Virus record (IMG/VR): IMGVR_UViG_3300042914_002678 | Strand: one strand, 5' to 3' | Source of the DNA: a virus | Taxonomy: Duplodnaviria > Caudoviricetes | DNA: 64,000 nt | Shown here: positions 44,928-55,287 of the stretch, piece after piece | Layout of the letters: every line of letters begins with the position of its first letter | Position numbering within the stretch: the first letter of the stretch is position 1 | Notes under the pieces: generated by a model | Told to the model about the DNA's origin: nothing | Databases searched by the model: none | Seen by the model: the letters and a program-made list of their open reading frames with translations, nothing else | Translations under genes and position numbers: made by a program

Positions 44928-44979
44928 GTTTGTAATTAAAAAATATCCTATATAAATAAATATAGTTGTATGGGATATA

Positions 44980-45414
44980 ATGGCGACAAGAGAACAAAAG
45001 TTAGAAGCGAAAAGACGCTACTATCAAAAGCATAAAAACAGATTAAATGAGGAATCAAGAGAACTCAATACCAGATTGAGATATGAAAAGAAAAACTTTA
45101 TCATAGAAAATCTTGGATCCAAGTGTTGTAAGTGTGGAACTACTGATTGTCTAGAAATAGATCACATCAATCCTGGACTTAAAAAAGATCAAAGATGTCT
45201 TTATGTTTGTTCTTGGGATAGGATAAAAAGTGAAATGGATAATCTCCAACTTCTCTGTAGTTCCTGCCACCAAGAAAGATCTCAGTTGCAAAAAGATGCT
45301 TCATGGTTTTATTTTAAAAATCTTTCTTTAGAAGAACAAAATAATCTAATGGAGAAATTTAAAAGAGAAGGTTCTACTTTACCTTCTTGGTGCCCGCAAG
45401 ATAAGGCACAATAA
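44980..45414 (+). mobile_element. HNH endonuclease
   Basis: CCKCG...LEIDHINP...NLQLLCSSCH; TATAAATA at 44951. Confidence 0.85.
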
Positions 45415-45423
45415 AAATTCTTG

Positions 45424-45494
45424 CTGGTGCGGATGGGGAATTCTTTCTCCGCCTGGTTTCTAATTTCCAGTCAAAGAATTGGTGGCGAGCCTGA
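45424..45494 (+). ncRNA. wcaG RNA motif
   Basis: Two UGGYG elements (TGGTG, TGGCG) flanking GCGGA/TCCGC and CTGG/CCAG stems; upstream of gmd and wcaG as described for this motif. Confidence 0.8.
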
Positions 45495-45499
45495 GTTAT

Positions 45500-45529
45500 A
45501 AAGGTGGGTTGCATAAACTCACCTTTTTT
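45500..45529 (+). terminator. Terminator-like hairpin just after the wcaG RNA
   Basis: AAAGGTGGGTT/AACTCACCTTT stem plus T run. Confidence 0.7.
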
Positions 45530-45552
45530 AGTATAATATTACTAGGTATTCT

Positions 45553-46221
45553 TTGGATATGAATATTAATAGATTTTATATAAACTGCTTTGACAATAAA
45601 ACAGATCTTTGTGAAATAGGAGCAAAATATGGTACTGACAAATCTCCATATAGTTATGTAAATGAAGATTATTATAGACATTCGTATACACCTTTTTATT
45701 CCATTTTATTGTCTAGATATAGACATCAAAAAATAAATTTTGGCGAAATTGGAATATTGCACAACTCTTCAATTAAAATGTGGAGAGAATATTTTCTAAA
45801 TGCAAATATATATGCCTGGGACGGACATCATGAACACATAGAAAATGCTAAGAAGTGTAAATTGCAAAATGTAGTTTATGATTATATGCATACTTCTTTT
45901 GAAGAATCCATAGAACAATCGCTTTCAAAGTGTAAAGTAAAGTTTGATATTTTAATTGATGATGCTAGTCATTTATTTTGGGATCAAATTAGGTTGATTC
46001 GTGGATGTGTAAAATACTTATTGCCTTCTTCAATTTTAATAATTGAAGATATTGATAAAGGCAATTTGGAAGAATCGTATATTAATGAAATAAAAAATTA
46101 TGGGTATGACAAATATTATGACGAAATTTCTTTTATTGAATTTAATCATAATAATAGAAATTTAATTGATTATGATAATGATAAAATAATATTAATGACT
46201 AGATCAAATTATAGTGATTGA
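45553..46221 (+). CDS. Class I SAM-dependent methyltransferase-like protein
   Basis: GTDK...HSY...Y, EIGI...[18 protein letters not shown]. Confidence 0.75.
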   Translation: MDMNINRFYINCFDNKTDLCEIGAKYGTDKSPYSYVNEDYYRHSYTPFYSILLSRYRHQKINFGEIGILHNSSIKMWREYFLNANIYAWDGHHEHIENAKKCKLQNVVYDYMHTSFEESIEQSLSKCKVKFDILIDDASHLFWDQIRLIRGCVKYLLPSSILIIEDIDKGNLEESYINEIKNYGYDKYYDEISFIEFNHNNRNLIDYDNDKIILMTRSNYSD

Positions 46222-46241
46222 AATACTTTAATGTAAAAAAT

Positions 46242-47243
46242 ATGAAAACTGCATTGATAACTGGAATAACAGGACAAGATGGATCGTATCTTGCTGAACT
46301 CCTATTAGAGAAAGGATATGAAGTTCACGGCATAATTCGTCGTGCTTCATTAATCAATACTCATAGAATTGATCATATTTACGATCAGATTAAACTTCAC
46401 TATGGAGATCTTACAGACTCTACTAATCTTGTAAGAGTGATTCAGCAAGTTCAACCTGATGAGATTTACAATCTTGGTGCTCAAAGTCATGTAAAAGTGT
46501 CTTTTGAAGTACCAGAGTATACTGGTCAAACTGATGGATTGGGAACTCTTCGTATTCTTGAGGCAGTTCGTCTTCTGGGTATGGAGAATAAAACTAGAAT
46601 CTATCAGGCATCTACTTCAGAGATGTTTGGTAAGGTTCAAGAAATTCCACAGAAAGAAACAACACCATTTTACCCACGTTCACCTTATGGAGTTGCAAAA
46701 GTTTATGGATACTGGATCGTCAAAAATTACAGAGAGTCTTACGGATTACATGCAAGTTCTGGAATTCTTTTCAATCACGAATCCCCTAGAAGAGGAGAAA
46801 CTTTTGTCACAAGAAAAATCACTCGCGGATTATCATCTATTTCAACTGGGCAACAAGATGTATTATATCTCGGGAATCTGAATGCAAAGCGCGATTGGGG
46901 ACACGCTAAGGACTTTGTGGAGGCGATGTGGTTAATGCTGCAGCAAGATGAAGCAGATGACTATGTAATCGCCACAGGGGAGCAATACTCGGTGCGTGAG
47001 TTTGTTGAGGAGGCAGCACCTTATTTTGGAATGAAGATTGCTTGGGAAGGTGAAGGTCTTGATGAGGTTGGTATTGATAGACTTACCAAAAGAACTGTTA
47101 TTAAAGTAAGTCCTAAATATTTTAGACCTGCTGAAGTAGAAACCTTATTAGGTGATGCCACAAAGGCAAAAGAAAAATTAGGTTGGGAACCTAAAATTTC
47201 ATTTGAACAATTAGTTGAGGATATGTGCATTTATGGACAGTGA
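46242..47243 (+). CDS. gmd: GDP-mannose 4,6-dehydratase
   Basis: [45 protein letters not shown]. Confidence 0.98.
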   Translation: MKTALITGITGQDGSYLAELLLEKGYEVHGIIRRASLINTHRIDHIYDQIKLHYGDLTDSTNLVRVIQQVQPDEIYNLGAQSHVKVSFEVPEYTGQTDGLGTLRILEAVRLLGMENKTRIYQASTSEMFGKVQEIPQKETTPFYPRSPYGVAKVYGYWIVKNYRESYGLHASSGILFNHESPRRGETFVTRKITRGLSSISTGQQDVLYLGNLNAKRDWGHAKDFVEAMWLMLQQDEADDYVIATGEQYSVREFVEEAAPYFGMKIAWEGEGLDEVGIDRLTKRTVIKVSPKYFRPAEVETLLGDATKAKEKLGWEPKISFEQLVEDMCIYGQ

Positions 47244-48186
47244 TTCTAGAGTATTAGTTGCTGGTGCCAACGGGATGGTTGGATCAGCAATCGTGAGAAA
47301 CCTTGAGAGTAAAGGTTATAATAATATCATTAAAGGAACTCGTCAAGTTGTAGATTTCTCTTATGAGGAAGAAACTGAAAATTTCTTTAAAAAAAATAAA
47401 CCAGAATATGTTTTTGTTGCTGCCGCTAAGGTTGGTGGCATTATGGCAAACAATACTTACAAGGCAGATTTCCTAACTGAGAATCTTCGCATTCAGACTA
47501 ATATTATTGAGTCTGCTAATCGTTGGAATGTTAAAAAACTTTTGTTTCTTGGTTCTTCTTGCATCTATCCTAAGTTTGCCACTCAACCAATTGTGGAAGA
47601 TCAATTGATGACTGGTGCTTTGGAACCAACTAATGATGCCTATGCGATTGCTAAGATCGCTGGCATCATGTTGTGTCAGGCATATCGGCAACAGCATGGT
47701 TTTAATGCTATTTCATTGATGCCTACTAATCTTTACGGACCCAATGATAATTTTGATTTGGAGACATCTCACGTCCTTCCTGCAATGATTGCTAAGTTTC
47801 ATTATATGAAAGAGCATGGATATACTATTGATATGGGTGGTCCTTGGTACGGTAGTGTAAACCTATGGGGTGATGGTTCTGCAATGCGCGAGTTTTTGTA
47901 TGTTGATGATCTTGCAGAGGCGTGTTATATTTGTATGCAACACTATGACAGTTCTGAGCATATTAATGTTGGTACTGGTGAGGATATAACTATTAAGGAA
48001 CTTGCGGAAACTATTTCGAAAGTTGTTGGATTTATGGGTGAAATTGAGTGGGACATTACAAAACCAAATGGAACACCCCGTAAAGTGTTAAACGTAAACA
48101 AAATAAAAGAACTTGGTTGGGAACCAAAAATCGGTCTGTATGAAGGTATAGTAAAAACTTACGATTGGTATAAAGAAAATGTATGA
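47233..48186 (+). CDS. fcl: GDP-L-fucose synthase
   Basis: [47 protein letters not shown]. Confidence 0.97.
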   Translation: MDSDSRVLVAGANGMVGSAIVRNLESKGYNNIIKGTRQVVDFSYEEETENFFKKNKPEYVFVAAAKVGGIMANNTYKADFLTENLRIQTNIIESANRWNVKKLLFLGSSCIYPKFATQPIVEDQLMTGALEPTNDAYAIAKIAGIMLCQAYRQQHGFNAISLMPTNLYGPNDNFDLETSHVLPAMIAKFHYMKEHGYTIDMGGPWYGSVNLWGDGSAMREFLYVDDLAEACYICMQHYDSSEHINVGTGEDITIKELAETISKVVGFMGEIEWDITKPNGTPRKVLNVNKIKELGWEPKIGLYEGIVKTYDWYKENV

Positions 48187-48523
48187 ATTAGTAAAAAAAC
48201 CATGGGGATCTTATACTAATATTTTAGAAGAAGATTATACCAAAGTAAAAAAAATAGTTATTAATCCTGGAGAATCACCAAGTTACCAGTATCACTTTAA
48301 AAGAAGTGAAGTTTGGGTGTTAGTTAAAGGCACTGCTAAAGTTAAAATAAATGATTTATTTTATGATTATAAGTCTGGTGATATTCTTTTTATACCCAAA
48401 GAAACAAAACATCAAATAACTAATAGCGGTTCTGAAGAATTAATTTTTATTGAGATTCAAATGGGTGAATATTTTGGAGAAGACGATATTGTAAGATTGG
48501 AGGATAATTATGGAAGAATTTAA
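48179..48523 (+). CDS. Cupin, mannose-6-phosphate isomerase type II C-terminal-like
   Basis: KPWG.Y...PG...S.QYH..RSE.W...EIQ.GEY.GEDDI.R.ED.YGR. Confidence 0.9.
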   Translation: MYELVKKPWGSYTNILEEDYTKVKKIVINPGESPSYQYHFKRSEVWVLVKGTAKVKINDLFYDYKSGDILFIPKETKHQITNSGSEELIFIEIQMGEYFGEDDIVRLEDNYGRI

Positions 48524-50075
48524 AGTTTTAATACCAACGAGTGGGTTAGGATCTAGACTTGGCAATATTACAAAATACACAAATAAAAGTTTAGTTAGAA
48601 TTGGGGATATTCCTTCTATTTCTCATATTATAAATTTATATCCTTCAGACACTGAGTTTGTTATAACCTTGGGATACTATGGATCTCATGTTAAACAATA
48701 TCTATCTTTAGCACATCCAAATACTAAAATAGATTTTGTTGAAGTTGATAATTATATGGGAGAAGGTAGTAGTTTACTTTATTCCATATCTTTGTGTGAA
48801 GAATATTTGAACTGCCCATTTATTTTTCATGCATGTGATACTTTATTATCGAAAGATTACATATCAAAAATTGATTTTTCAACTAATTGGTCTGTTGGTG
48901 GAATAGGAACTAATAGTCAATCTTATAGAACTATTAATTCTATTAATGGTAAGATCATATCAATAAATGAAAAAGGAGAACAAAATTTTGATTATGTTTA
49001 TGTTGGAGTATCTGGAATACTTCAACATGAAATTTTTTGGAATGTTTGTAAATCAACATTACAAAAATCAAACAGTCAAGATTTAAGTGATTGTGATATT
49101 ATTAGAAAAATGTCTGATTTTTCTTTAATTAAAGTGGGTGAATGGTATGATATTGGAAATATTGATTCTCTAAAAATTGCGAGAGAAAATCATTTATCAT
49201 CTATTAATGTTTTGGACAAAGAAGATGAAAATATATTTTTATTAGATAATTTAGTAATTAAATTTTTCCATAATAAAAAAGTATGTTCAGATAGAGTTTT
49301 AAGATCTTCTAAATTGTTTGGTGTTGTCCCATCAATAATTAAATCAACTGAAAATTTTTATTCATATGAATATGTTCGAGGAAATTTATTTTCTGAAGCA
49401 TTAGATATTATTAAATTTAGAGAACTATTAAATTGGTCTGTTGATAATCTTTGGATTGAGAGTGAAGATTCTAATTATAAAAACAATGCTCTTTCATTTT
49501 ATAAAGATAAAACTTTAATAAGAATTAATAAATTTTTAGAAAAATATAACTTAGAAGATAAAATTGATAATATTAATGGAATAGAAATTCCTCCCATGAA
49601 AGAATTAATATCCGAGGTTAATTTTAATTCTATTATTGGAGAAACACCTACAAAATTTCATGGAGATTTTATTTTAGATAATATTATCTACAATAATGAA
49701 AAGTCTTTTACTCTTATTGATTGGAGGCAAGATTTTAATGGTAATTTGGAATGTGGAGATATGCATTATGATATTGCAAAATTAAACCATAGTTTGACTC
49801 TTAATCATAAAATTCTTTCGGATCAAATGTATATAATTAATATTGGTGATTCTGAAATATATTGTGATGTTTATATTAAAAAGACTTTTTCTGATTGTAG
49901 GAAATTGTTAAGACAATTTTGTATTATTAATGAGATTGATTATGAAAAAATTAAAATACTTACGTCATTAATATGGGTAAATATGGCACCACTTCATGAA
50001 CATCCTCTTGATATGTTTTTATATTATTTTGGTAAATACAATTTATTTTTAAATTTAAAAGGAGATGAAAAATGA
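48510..50075 (+). CDS. Nucleotidyltransferase fused to an APH/choline-kinase-like phosphotransferase
   Basis: SGLGSRL...TNKSL, WYDIGN; C-terminal HGDFILDNI...IDWR. Confidence 0.8.
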   Translation: MEEFKVLIPTSGLGSRLGNITKYTNKSLVRIGDIPSISHIINLYPSDTEFVITLGYYGSHVKQYLSLAHPNTKIDFVEVDNYMGEGSSLLYSISLCEEYLNCPFIFHACDTLLSKDYISKIDFSTNWSVGGIGTNSQSYRTINSINGKIISINEKGEQNFDYVYVGVSGILQHEIFWNVCKSTLQKSNSQDLSDCDIIRKMSDFSLIKVGEWYDIGNIDSLKIARENHLSSINVLDKEDENIFLLDNLVIKFFHNKKVCSDRVLRSSKLFGVVPSIIKSTENFYSYEYVRGNLFSEALDIIKFRELLNWSVDNLWIESEDSNYKNNALSFYKDKTLIRINKFLEKYNLEDKIDNINGIEIPPMKELISEVNFNSIIGETPTKFHGDFILDNIIYNNEKSFTLIDWRQDFNGNLECGDMHYDIAKLNHSLTLNHKILSDQMYIINIGDSEIYCDVYIKKTFSDCRKLLRQFCIINEIDYEKIKILTSLIWVNMAPLHEHPLDMFLYYFGKYNLFLNLKGDEK

Positions 50076-50614
50076 TTAGTATTCAATATGCTTCAACTCT
50101 AGTTAATCCCGAATATAATCATGCCATTGAATTTGGTGTTGCTGAAGGAAGAACTATAAAAATGATGAGAGAATCATTGAATGAAAATTATAAAGTTTTT
50201 GGTTTTGATTCTTTCTTTGGATTACCTGAAGACTGGGTAGGAACTCATCAAGTTAAAGGAGATTTTAGTACAAATGGTGTGGTTCCAGAAATAGAAAATG
50301 TTAAATTTTTTAAAGGTTGGTTTGAAGATACAATTCCAGAGTATTTAAAAGAAGCTAGTACGATAGGACTTCTTCATGTTGATTGTGATCTTTATTCTTC
50401 TACTAAAACTATTTTTAAATATTTACATCCTTATATAAAATCTGGGACTATAATCGTTTTTGATGAATGGTGCTATAATTTTAATGAATCTTTCAATGAT
50501 CACGAGCAGAAAGCTTTTTATGAATATGTTGAAGAGCATGATGTAAAATATGAATTTATACCTTTTTCTGATCCAGAAAAAGGTTGTGAAAGAAGAATAG
50601 TTAAAATTTTATGA
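50072..50614 (+). CDS. TylF/MycF-like methyltransferase
   Basis: EFGVAEG, GFDSFFGLPE, KGWFEDT, HVDCDLYSST, IVFDE. Confidence 0.82.
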   Translation: MISIQYASTLVNPEYNHAIEFGVAEGRTIKMMRESLNENYKVFGFDSFFGLPEDWVGTHQVKGDFSTNGVVPEIENVKFFKGWFEDTIPEYLKEASTIGLLHVDCDLYSSTKTIFKYLHPYIKSGTIIVFDEWCYNFNESFNDHEQKAFYEYVEEHDVKYEFIPFSDPEKGCERRIVKIL

Positions 50615-51609
50615 ATTTTCCCAAGTATTATATTGGTCCAATGAGTAAAAATGTTGTTGACTGTGTAATTAAACACAGTCAAAAATATACTATTGGATTA
50701 ATACCCTCCAGAAGACAAGTTGATTTTTCTGGGGGATATGTAAATGGGTGGAATAGCAAAACTTTTTCCGAATATGTGAAAAATAAAAATTCAAATATTT
50801 TCCTTTGTAGAGATCATGGTGGAGCAAAACAAGGGCAACTGATTGATGACGGAATTGAGTCTTTTGAAAATGATGCCAAATATTTTGATTTAATTCACAT
50901 TGATCCTTTCAGAGATTCTGAATCAATAGAGCAATCTGCAGAAAAAACAAGATTAATGGTAGTAAAGATGTGGAATCAAAATCCACATATGATTTATGAA
51001 GTTGGGACTGAGGAAGCAATTTTTAAATATGAACCAGATGAACTTTTTTGGTTTCTAGAGTTTTTAAAATTATCTTTAACTGCTGAACAATTTGGTCAAA
51101 TTAAATATGCTGTTGTTCAATCTGGAACGAGATTAGATCTTTCTACTAGAACTAATATTGGTAACTTTAATAATAATAGATTAAAAAATTTTATTGAAGT
51201 AGTTAAAAGTTTTGATTTAATGAGTAAAGAACATAATGGAGATTATCTAACGGAGTCTTTTGATGTTGAAACTAGATTTCAATCGGGATTAGACGCTATT
51301 AATATTGCTCCAGAATATGGACAGATTGAATCTGAATTTTATCTTGATTCTTGTAAACAAGATTCTGGTTTATTTGAAATTCTATATCAAATATGTTATA
51401 ATTCTGGTAAGTGGAAAAAATGGATTGTTGATATTAATAGGATATCTAAAGAACAATTAATTATGACCTGTTGCCACTATGTACTCTCAGACAATGAATT
51501 TATAGAAAAAATTAAAGTTCATTTTCCCAATGCCGACAAAAAAATTCAAAAAAGAATTTCTTCTCAATTAAAATTATTACATGAGCAAACTAAAAACTAT
51601 TGCATTTGA
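50611..51609 (+). CDS. Tagatose-bisphosphate aldolase/epimerase (GatZ/KbaZ)-like TIM barrel protein
   Basis: RDHGG, IHIDP, EVGTEE, EHN.DY, NIAPEYG motifs. Confidence 0.65.
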   Translation: MNFPKYYIGPMSKNVVDCVIKHSQKYTIGLIPSRRQVDFSGGYVNGWNSKTFSEYVKNKNSNIFLCRDHGGAKQGQLIDDGIESFENDAKYFDLIHIDPFRDSESIEQSAEKTRLMVVKMWNQNPHMIYEVGTEEAIFKYEPDELFWFLEFLKLSLTAEQFGQIKYAVVQSGTRLDLSTRTNIGNFNNNRLKNFIEVVKSFDLMSKEHNGDYLTESFDVETRFQSGLDAINIAPEYGQIESEFYLDSCKQDSGLFEILYQICYNSGKWKKWIVDINRISKEQLIMTCCHYVLSDNEFIEKIKVHFPNADKKIQKRISSQLKLLHEQTKNYCI

Positions 51610-51958
51610 TTTGGATGATGTCATTTGTTCTCGTTCTAATAGATATGAGAATTTAGGTCCAAACAAATATAACTATTGTGAACCAGATCAATCTATAATT
51701 GATCTGGTTAATTTTCTATATGAGCAGGGTAATAAAATAGTTATATATACTGCAAGAGGAATGTCTCAATATAAAGGAAATGTATCTCTTATCTATAGTG
51801 AGTTATATTCCAAAACAATTCAACAATTAAATGATTGGGGTTTGAAGTACGATCAACTTGTAATGGGAAAAATTCATTATGATTTATTGGTCGATGATAA
51901 AGCATTAAATTCTTCTAACATTACAAAAGAAACTATTATAAAATTTTTATATGAATAA
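51581..51958 (+). CDS. HAD-family capsule-biosynthesis phosphatase
   Basis: FDLDDVI, IYTARGM, MGK..YD...DDKA. Confidence 0.82.
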   Translation: MSKLKTIAFDLDDVICSRSNRYENLGPNKYNYCEPDQSIIDLVNFLYEQGNKIVIYTARGMSQYKGNVSLIYSELYSKTIQQLNDWGLKYDQLVMGKIHYDLLVDDKALNSSNITKETIIKFLYE

Positions 51959-53321
51959 GTTAGTAATTTTTGATCTCGATGGAGTTCTTATTGATAGTAG
52001 AGAAATGCATTATGAAGCACTTAATCGTGCTTTAGGAAATGTTTCTTGGGATTATGTGATTAGTAGAGAAGAACATTTAAGTCTTTATGATGGTCTTCCT
52101 ACTTCAAGAAAACTTGCGATTCTTACTGAGAAGAAAGGACTTCCAACAGATAAACAACAAAAAATATGGGAAGATAAACAAAAAGAAACTCTTGAAATCT
52201 TTTCCGATTTAGAGTATGATTATGAATTAATGCATTACTTCCAACAACTTAAGCAACGAGGATATCAAGTTGCGGTTGCTAGTAATAGTATTCGTAATAC
52301 TGTTAAACTTGTTCTACTTAAGTTGGGAGTATTAGAGTTTGTTGATTATTATGTAAGTAATGAAGATGTTACTCGCAATAAACCATTTCCAGAGATGTAT
52401 TGGAAGTGTATGATTGCCTGCAATGCACTTCCAAAAGATACTGTAATTTTTGAAGATAGTCACATTGGTAGACAAGGTGCTTTAGACAGTAAATCGCATT
52501 TGATTGCTATTGAAAATAGAGATGATTTAAACCAAGAAAAAATTAATAAAGTATTTGAAATATTTGCATCTAAAAAACACACTATTGTACCTTGGAAATC
52601 TGATAAAATGAATGTTCTTATTCCTATGGCAGGTGCTGGTAGTAGATTCGCCAGTGCTGGATATACGTTTCCCAAACCATTAATTGAAGTTAATGGCAAA
52701 CCTATGATTCAAGTAGTGGTTGAGAACTTGAATATTGAAGCAAATTATATTTTTATTGTTCAGAAAGAACACTATGAAAAGTATAGTCTTCAATATTTAC
52801 TTAATCTAATTGCTCCTAACTGCAATATTGTTCAGGTAGATGGAATTACAGAAGGTGCTGCTTGTACCACTCTCCTTGCCAAAGAATTAATCAATAATGA
52901 CCATCCATTAGTAATGGCAAACTCTGATCAGTTTGTTGAATGGAATAGTAACGAGTGCCTTTACGCCTTTAATGCTGATGGTATTGATGGTGGTATCGTT
53001 AGTTTCGAGGCAACTCATCCTAAATGGTCTTATGCTAAAGTTGGTGAGGATGGTTTTGTATCTGAGGTTGCCGAAAAGAAACCAATTAGTAACAATGCAA
53101 CAGTCGGTATCTATTTCTGGAAGAAGGGTTCTGATTATGTAAAGTATGCCGAGCAAATGATTGAGAAGGACATCAGGACTAATAATGAGTTCTATGTCTG
53201 CCCAGTCTTCAATGAGGCAATCCAAGATGGTAAGAAAGTTCGGATCAAAGATATTGATAAAATGTGGGGAATTGGTACACCAGAAGATTTAAACTATTTC
53301 TTGGAGCACTATAAAGGATGA
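51951..53321 (+). CDS. HAD phosphatase fused to a sugar-phosphate nucleotidyltransferase
   Basis: FDLDGVL...KPFP...FEDS; PMAGAGSRF..AGY..PKPLI...EKKPIS...GTPEDL. Confidence 0.87.
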   Translation: MNKLVIFDLDGVLIDSREMHYEALNRALGNVSWDYVISREEHLSLYDGLPTSRKLAILTEKKGLPTDKQQKIWEDKQKETLEIFSDLEYDYELMHYFQQLKQRGYQVAVASNSIRNTVKLVLLKLGVLEFVDYYVSNEDVTRNKPFPEMYWKCMIACNALPKDTVIFEDSHIGRQGALDSKSHLIAIENRDDLNQEKINKVFEIFASKKHTIVPWKSDKMNVLIPMAGAGSRFASAGYTFPKPLIEVNGKPMIQVVVENLNIEANYIFIVQKEHYEKYSLQYLLNLIAPNCNIVQVDGITEGAACTTLLAKELINNDHPLVMANSDQFVEWNSNECLYAFNADGIDGGIVSFEATHPKWSYAKVGEDGFVSEVAEKKPISNNATVGIYFWKKGSDYVKYAEQMIEKDIRTNNEFYVCPVFNEAIQDGKKVRIKDIDKMWGIGTPEDLNYFLEHYKG

Positions 53322-53797
53322 AACTGATCGCTCATCGTGGAAATATTGATGGACCAAATCCATTACAAGAAAATCGTCCAGAATATATTGAGGCAGCAAT
53401 TTCCGAAGGATATGATGTAGAGATTGATATTCGTTATGATACTTTTGATAATAATTTTTATCTTGGTCATGATGAACCTCAGTATATTGTTACTCCATAT
53501 TGGTTAGCACAACATATGGATAATTTATGGATTCATTGTAAAAATATTGATGCTCTCAATCATTTTGTAAGTAAAACTGGTGGTTATAATTATTTTTGGC
53601 ATCAAGAGGATGATTTTACTTTGACAAGTAAAAATTATATTTGGACTTATCCCGGAAAATCATATACACCCAGATCAGTAATTGTTATGCCAGAATGGAA
53701 TATGCCAGTTGAAACTTTTAGCGATTTGCGAGCATTTAATTGTCATGGTATTTGTAGTGATTATTCTTTTTATTTAAAATCTGAGGTATATGAATGA
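53318..53797 (+). CDS. Glycerophosphodiester phosphodiesterase-like protein
   Basis: IAHRGN...EN...GYDVEIDI...LGHD. Confidence 0.78.
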   Translation: MKLIAHRGNIDGPNPLQENRPEYIEAAISEGYDVEIDIRYDTFDNNFYLGHDEPQYIVTPYWLAQHMDNLWIHCKNIDALNHFVSKTGGYNYFWHQEDDFTLTSKNYIWTYPGKSYTPRSVIVMPEWNMPVETFSDLRAFNCHGICSDYSFYLKSEVYE

Positions 53798-54591
53798 ATA
53801 AAAATAAAGTTGCGGTTCTTTTAAGTGGGCATGTTAGATCTTATGAATCTCTTCAACAAGTTGTTGAAGGTATGGAGGAAAATTTAATAAAAATAAATCC
53901 TGAATATGATTTCAAGTTTTTTATGCACACTTGGAATTTTTTGGATTGGAATCATGATGGAACTGTTTATCATACTCATAATACAGAAAGTCAAAAAATA
54001 TTAGATATTATTAATTTAGAAAAATTATCTATTACTAAAAATAAAAATCCAATATTGGTCAATAATGATGATAGAACGCACGGACAATATACTTCTGTGA
54101 ATGAATGTAATAAATTAAAAAAAGAATTTGAAAATAAAAATTTTAGTTTTGATATTTCTATTAGAACTAGATGTGATCTGAAAATTTGCGAACCATTGGA
54201 TTTATCAATTATTGATACATCTTGCTTCAATATTACCAACGACGCATTTGGATTTGCGGATTGGTTTTGTATATCATCATCAAAACTTATTGATTATTAT
54301 TCTGATTTAATTTTAAATTTGGAATCTTTAGTTGATGAAAATTTAAAATATGGATGTTATGGAAAATATTCTGTAGACCAACATCATCTTTTATTATTGT
54401 ATCTTAAAAAAATTAAACATGGACTCAGTTTTGATGATTTTGTGGATTTGAAAATAAATCCTGAGTATAATGAATCTTACGAAAAAGATGCGAAAGAAAT
54501 AGAAAATTATGTTAAAAGGATTGATTTTTTATATTACTTAATAAGATCTGATGGACGCTCAAACGACACGTTTAAAAAAGGATATCGGTAA
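53794..54591 (+). CDS. Glycan-island hypothetical protein (GT-A-like)
   Basis: AVLLSGHVRS...FFMHTW...RTRCD...DWF. Confidence 0.6.
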   Translation: MNKNKVAVLLSGHVRSYESLQQVVEGMEENLIKINPEYDFKFFMHTWNFLDWNHDGTVYHTHNTESQKILDIINLEKLSITKNKNPILVNNDDRTHGQYTSVNECNKLKKEFENKNFSFDISIRTRCDLKICEPLDLSIIDTSCFNITNDAFGFADWFCISSSKLIDYYSDLILNLESLVDENLKYGCYGKYSVDQHHLLLLYLKKIKHGLSFDDFVDLKINPEYNESYEKDAKEIENYVKRIDFLYYLIRSDGRSNDTFKKGYR

Positions 54592-54596
54592 ATAAA

Positions 54597-55286
54597 ATGG
54601 AATTTACTTTTGGCATTATTACTTCTGGAACAGAGGATGAAAATATCAACATTATTATTGATAGTATTGAAAAGCAAAATATTCCTACTTATGAAATTAT
54701 AATAGTTGGAAATTCGAAAGTTTCTAGAAAAAAAACTAGAGTAGTTCAGTTTAATGATGAACATATTCCTAAATGGATTACCAGAAAGAAAAATATAATT
54801 ACAAATGTTGCTAAGTTTGAAAACGTTGTTTACCTTCATGATTATGTGGTTCTTACTGATGATTGGTATAAGTCATTTTTAGAATTTGGAAATGATTTTG
54901 ATTTGTGTATGAGTCGTATTACAAATCATGATGGAACTCGCTATCGTGATTGGTGCATTTGTATGTGGGATAATCCTACAATTATGCAAATTGTTGGTCC
55001 GGATAAAAAATGTATTCTTCCATATGATGAGAAAAGATTTAAAAAGCATATGTACTTTTCTGGAGCATACTGGGTAGCAAAGAAACAAGTTATGCTAAAA
55101 TATCCTTTAAATGAGCAACTTATTTGGGGTCAGGGTGAGGATGTATTGTGGTCATCTCAGGTTCGACATGAGTATGAATTTAAAATGAATGAAGATTCTG
55201 AAGTTAAATTACTTAGGCAAAAAGAAGTTGCTTATGGTATTGCTGATCAAGAAACAATTCAAAAATTGAGTATAGTTTTAACTTGA
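54597..55286 (+). CDS. Glycosyltransferase (GT-A fold)
   Basis: FGIIT...WITRKKN...LHDY...GQGEDV. Confidence 0.7.
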   Translation: MEFTFGIITSGTEDENINIIIDSIEKQNIPTYEIIIVGNSKVSRKKTRVVQFNDEHIPKWITRKKNIITNVAKFENVVYLHDYVVLTDDWYKSFLEFGNDFDLCMSRITNHDGTRYRDWCICMWDNPTIMQIVGPDKKCILPYDEKRFKKHMYFSGAYWVAKKQVMLKYPLNEQLIWGQGEDVLWSSQVRHEYEFKMNEDSEVKLLRQKEVAYGIADQETIQKLSIVLT

Positions 55287-55287
55287 T

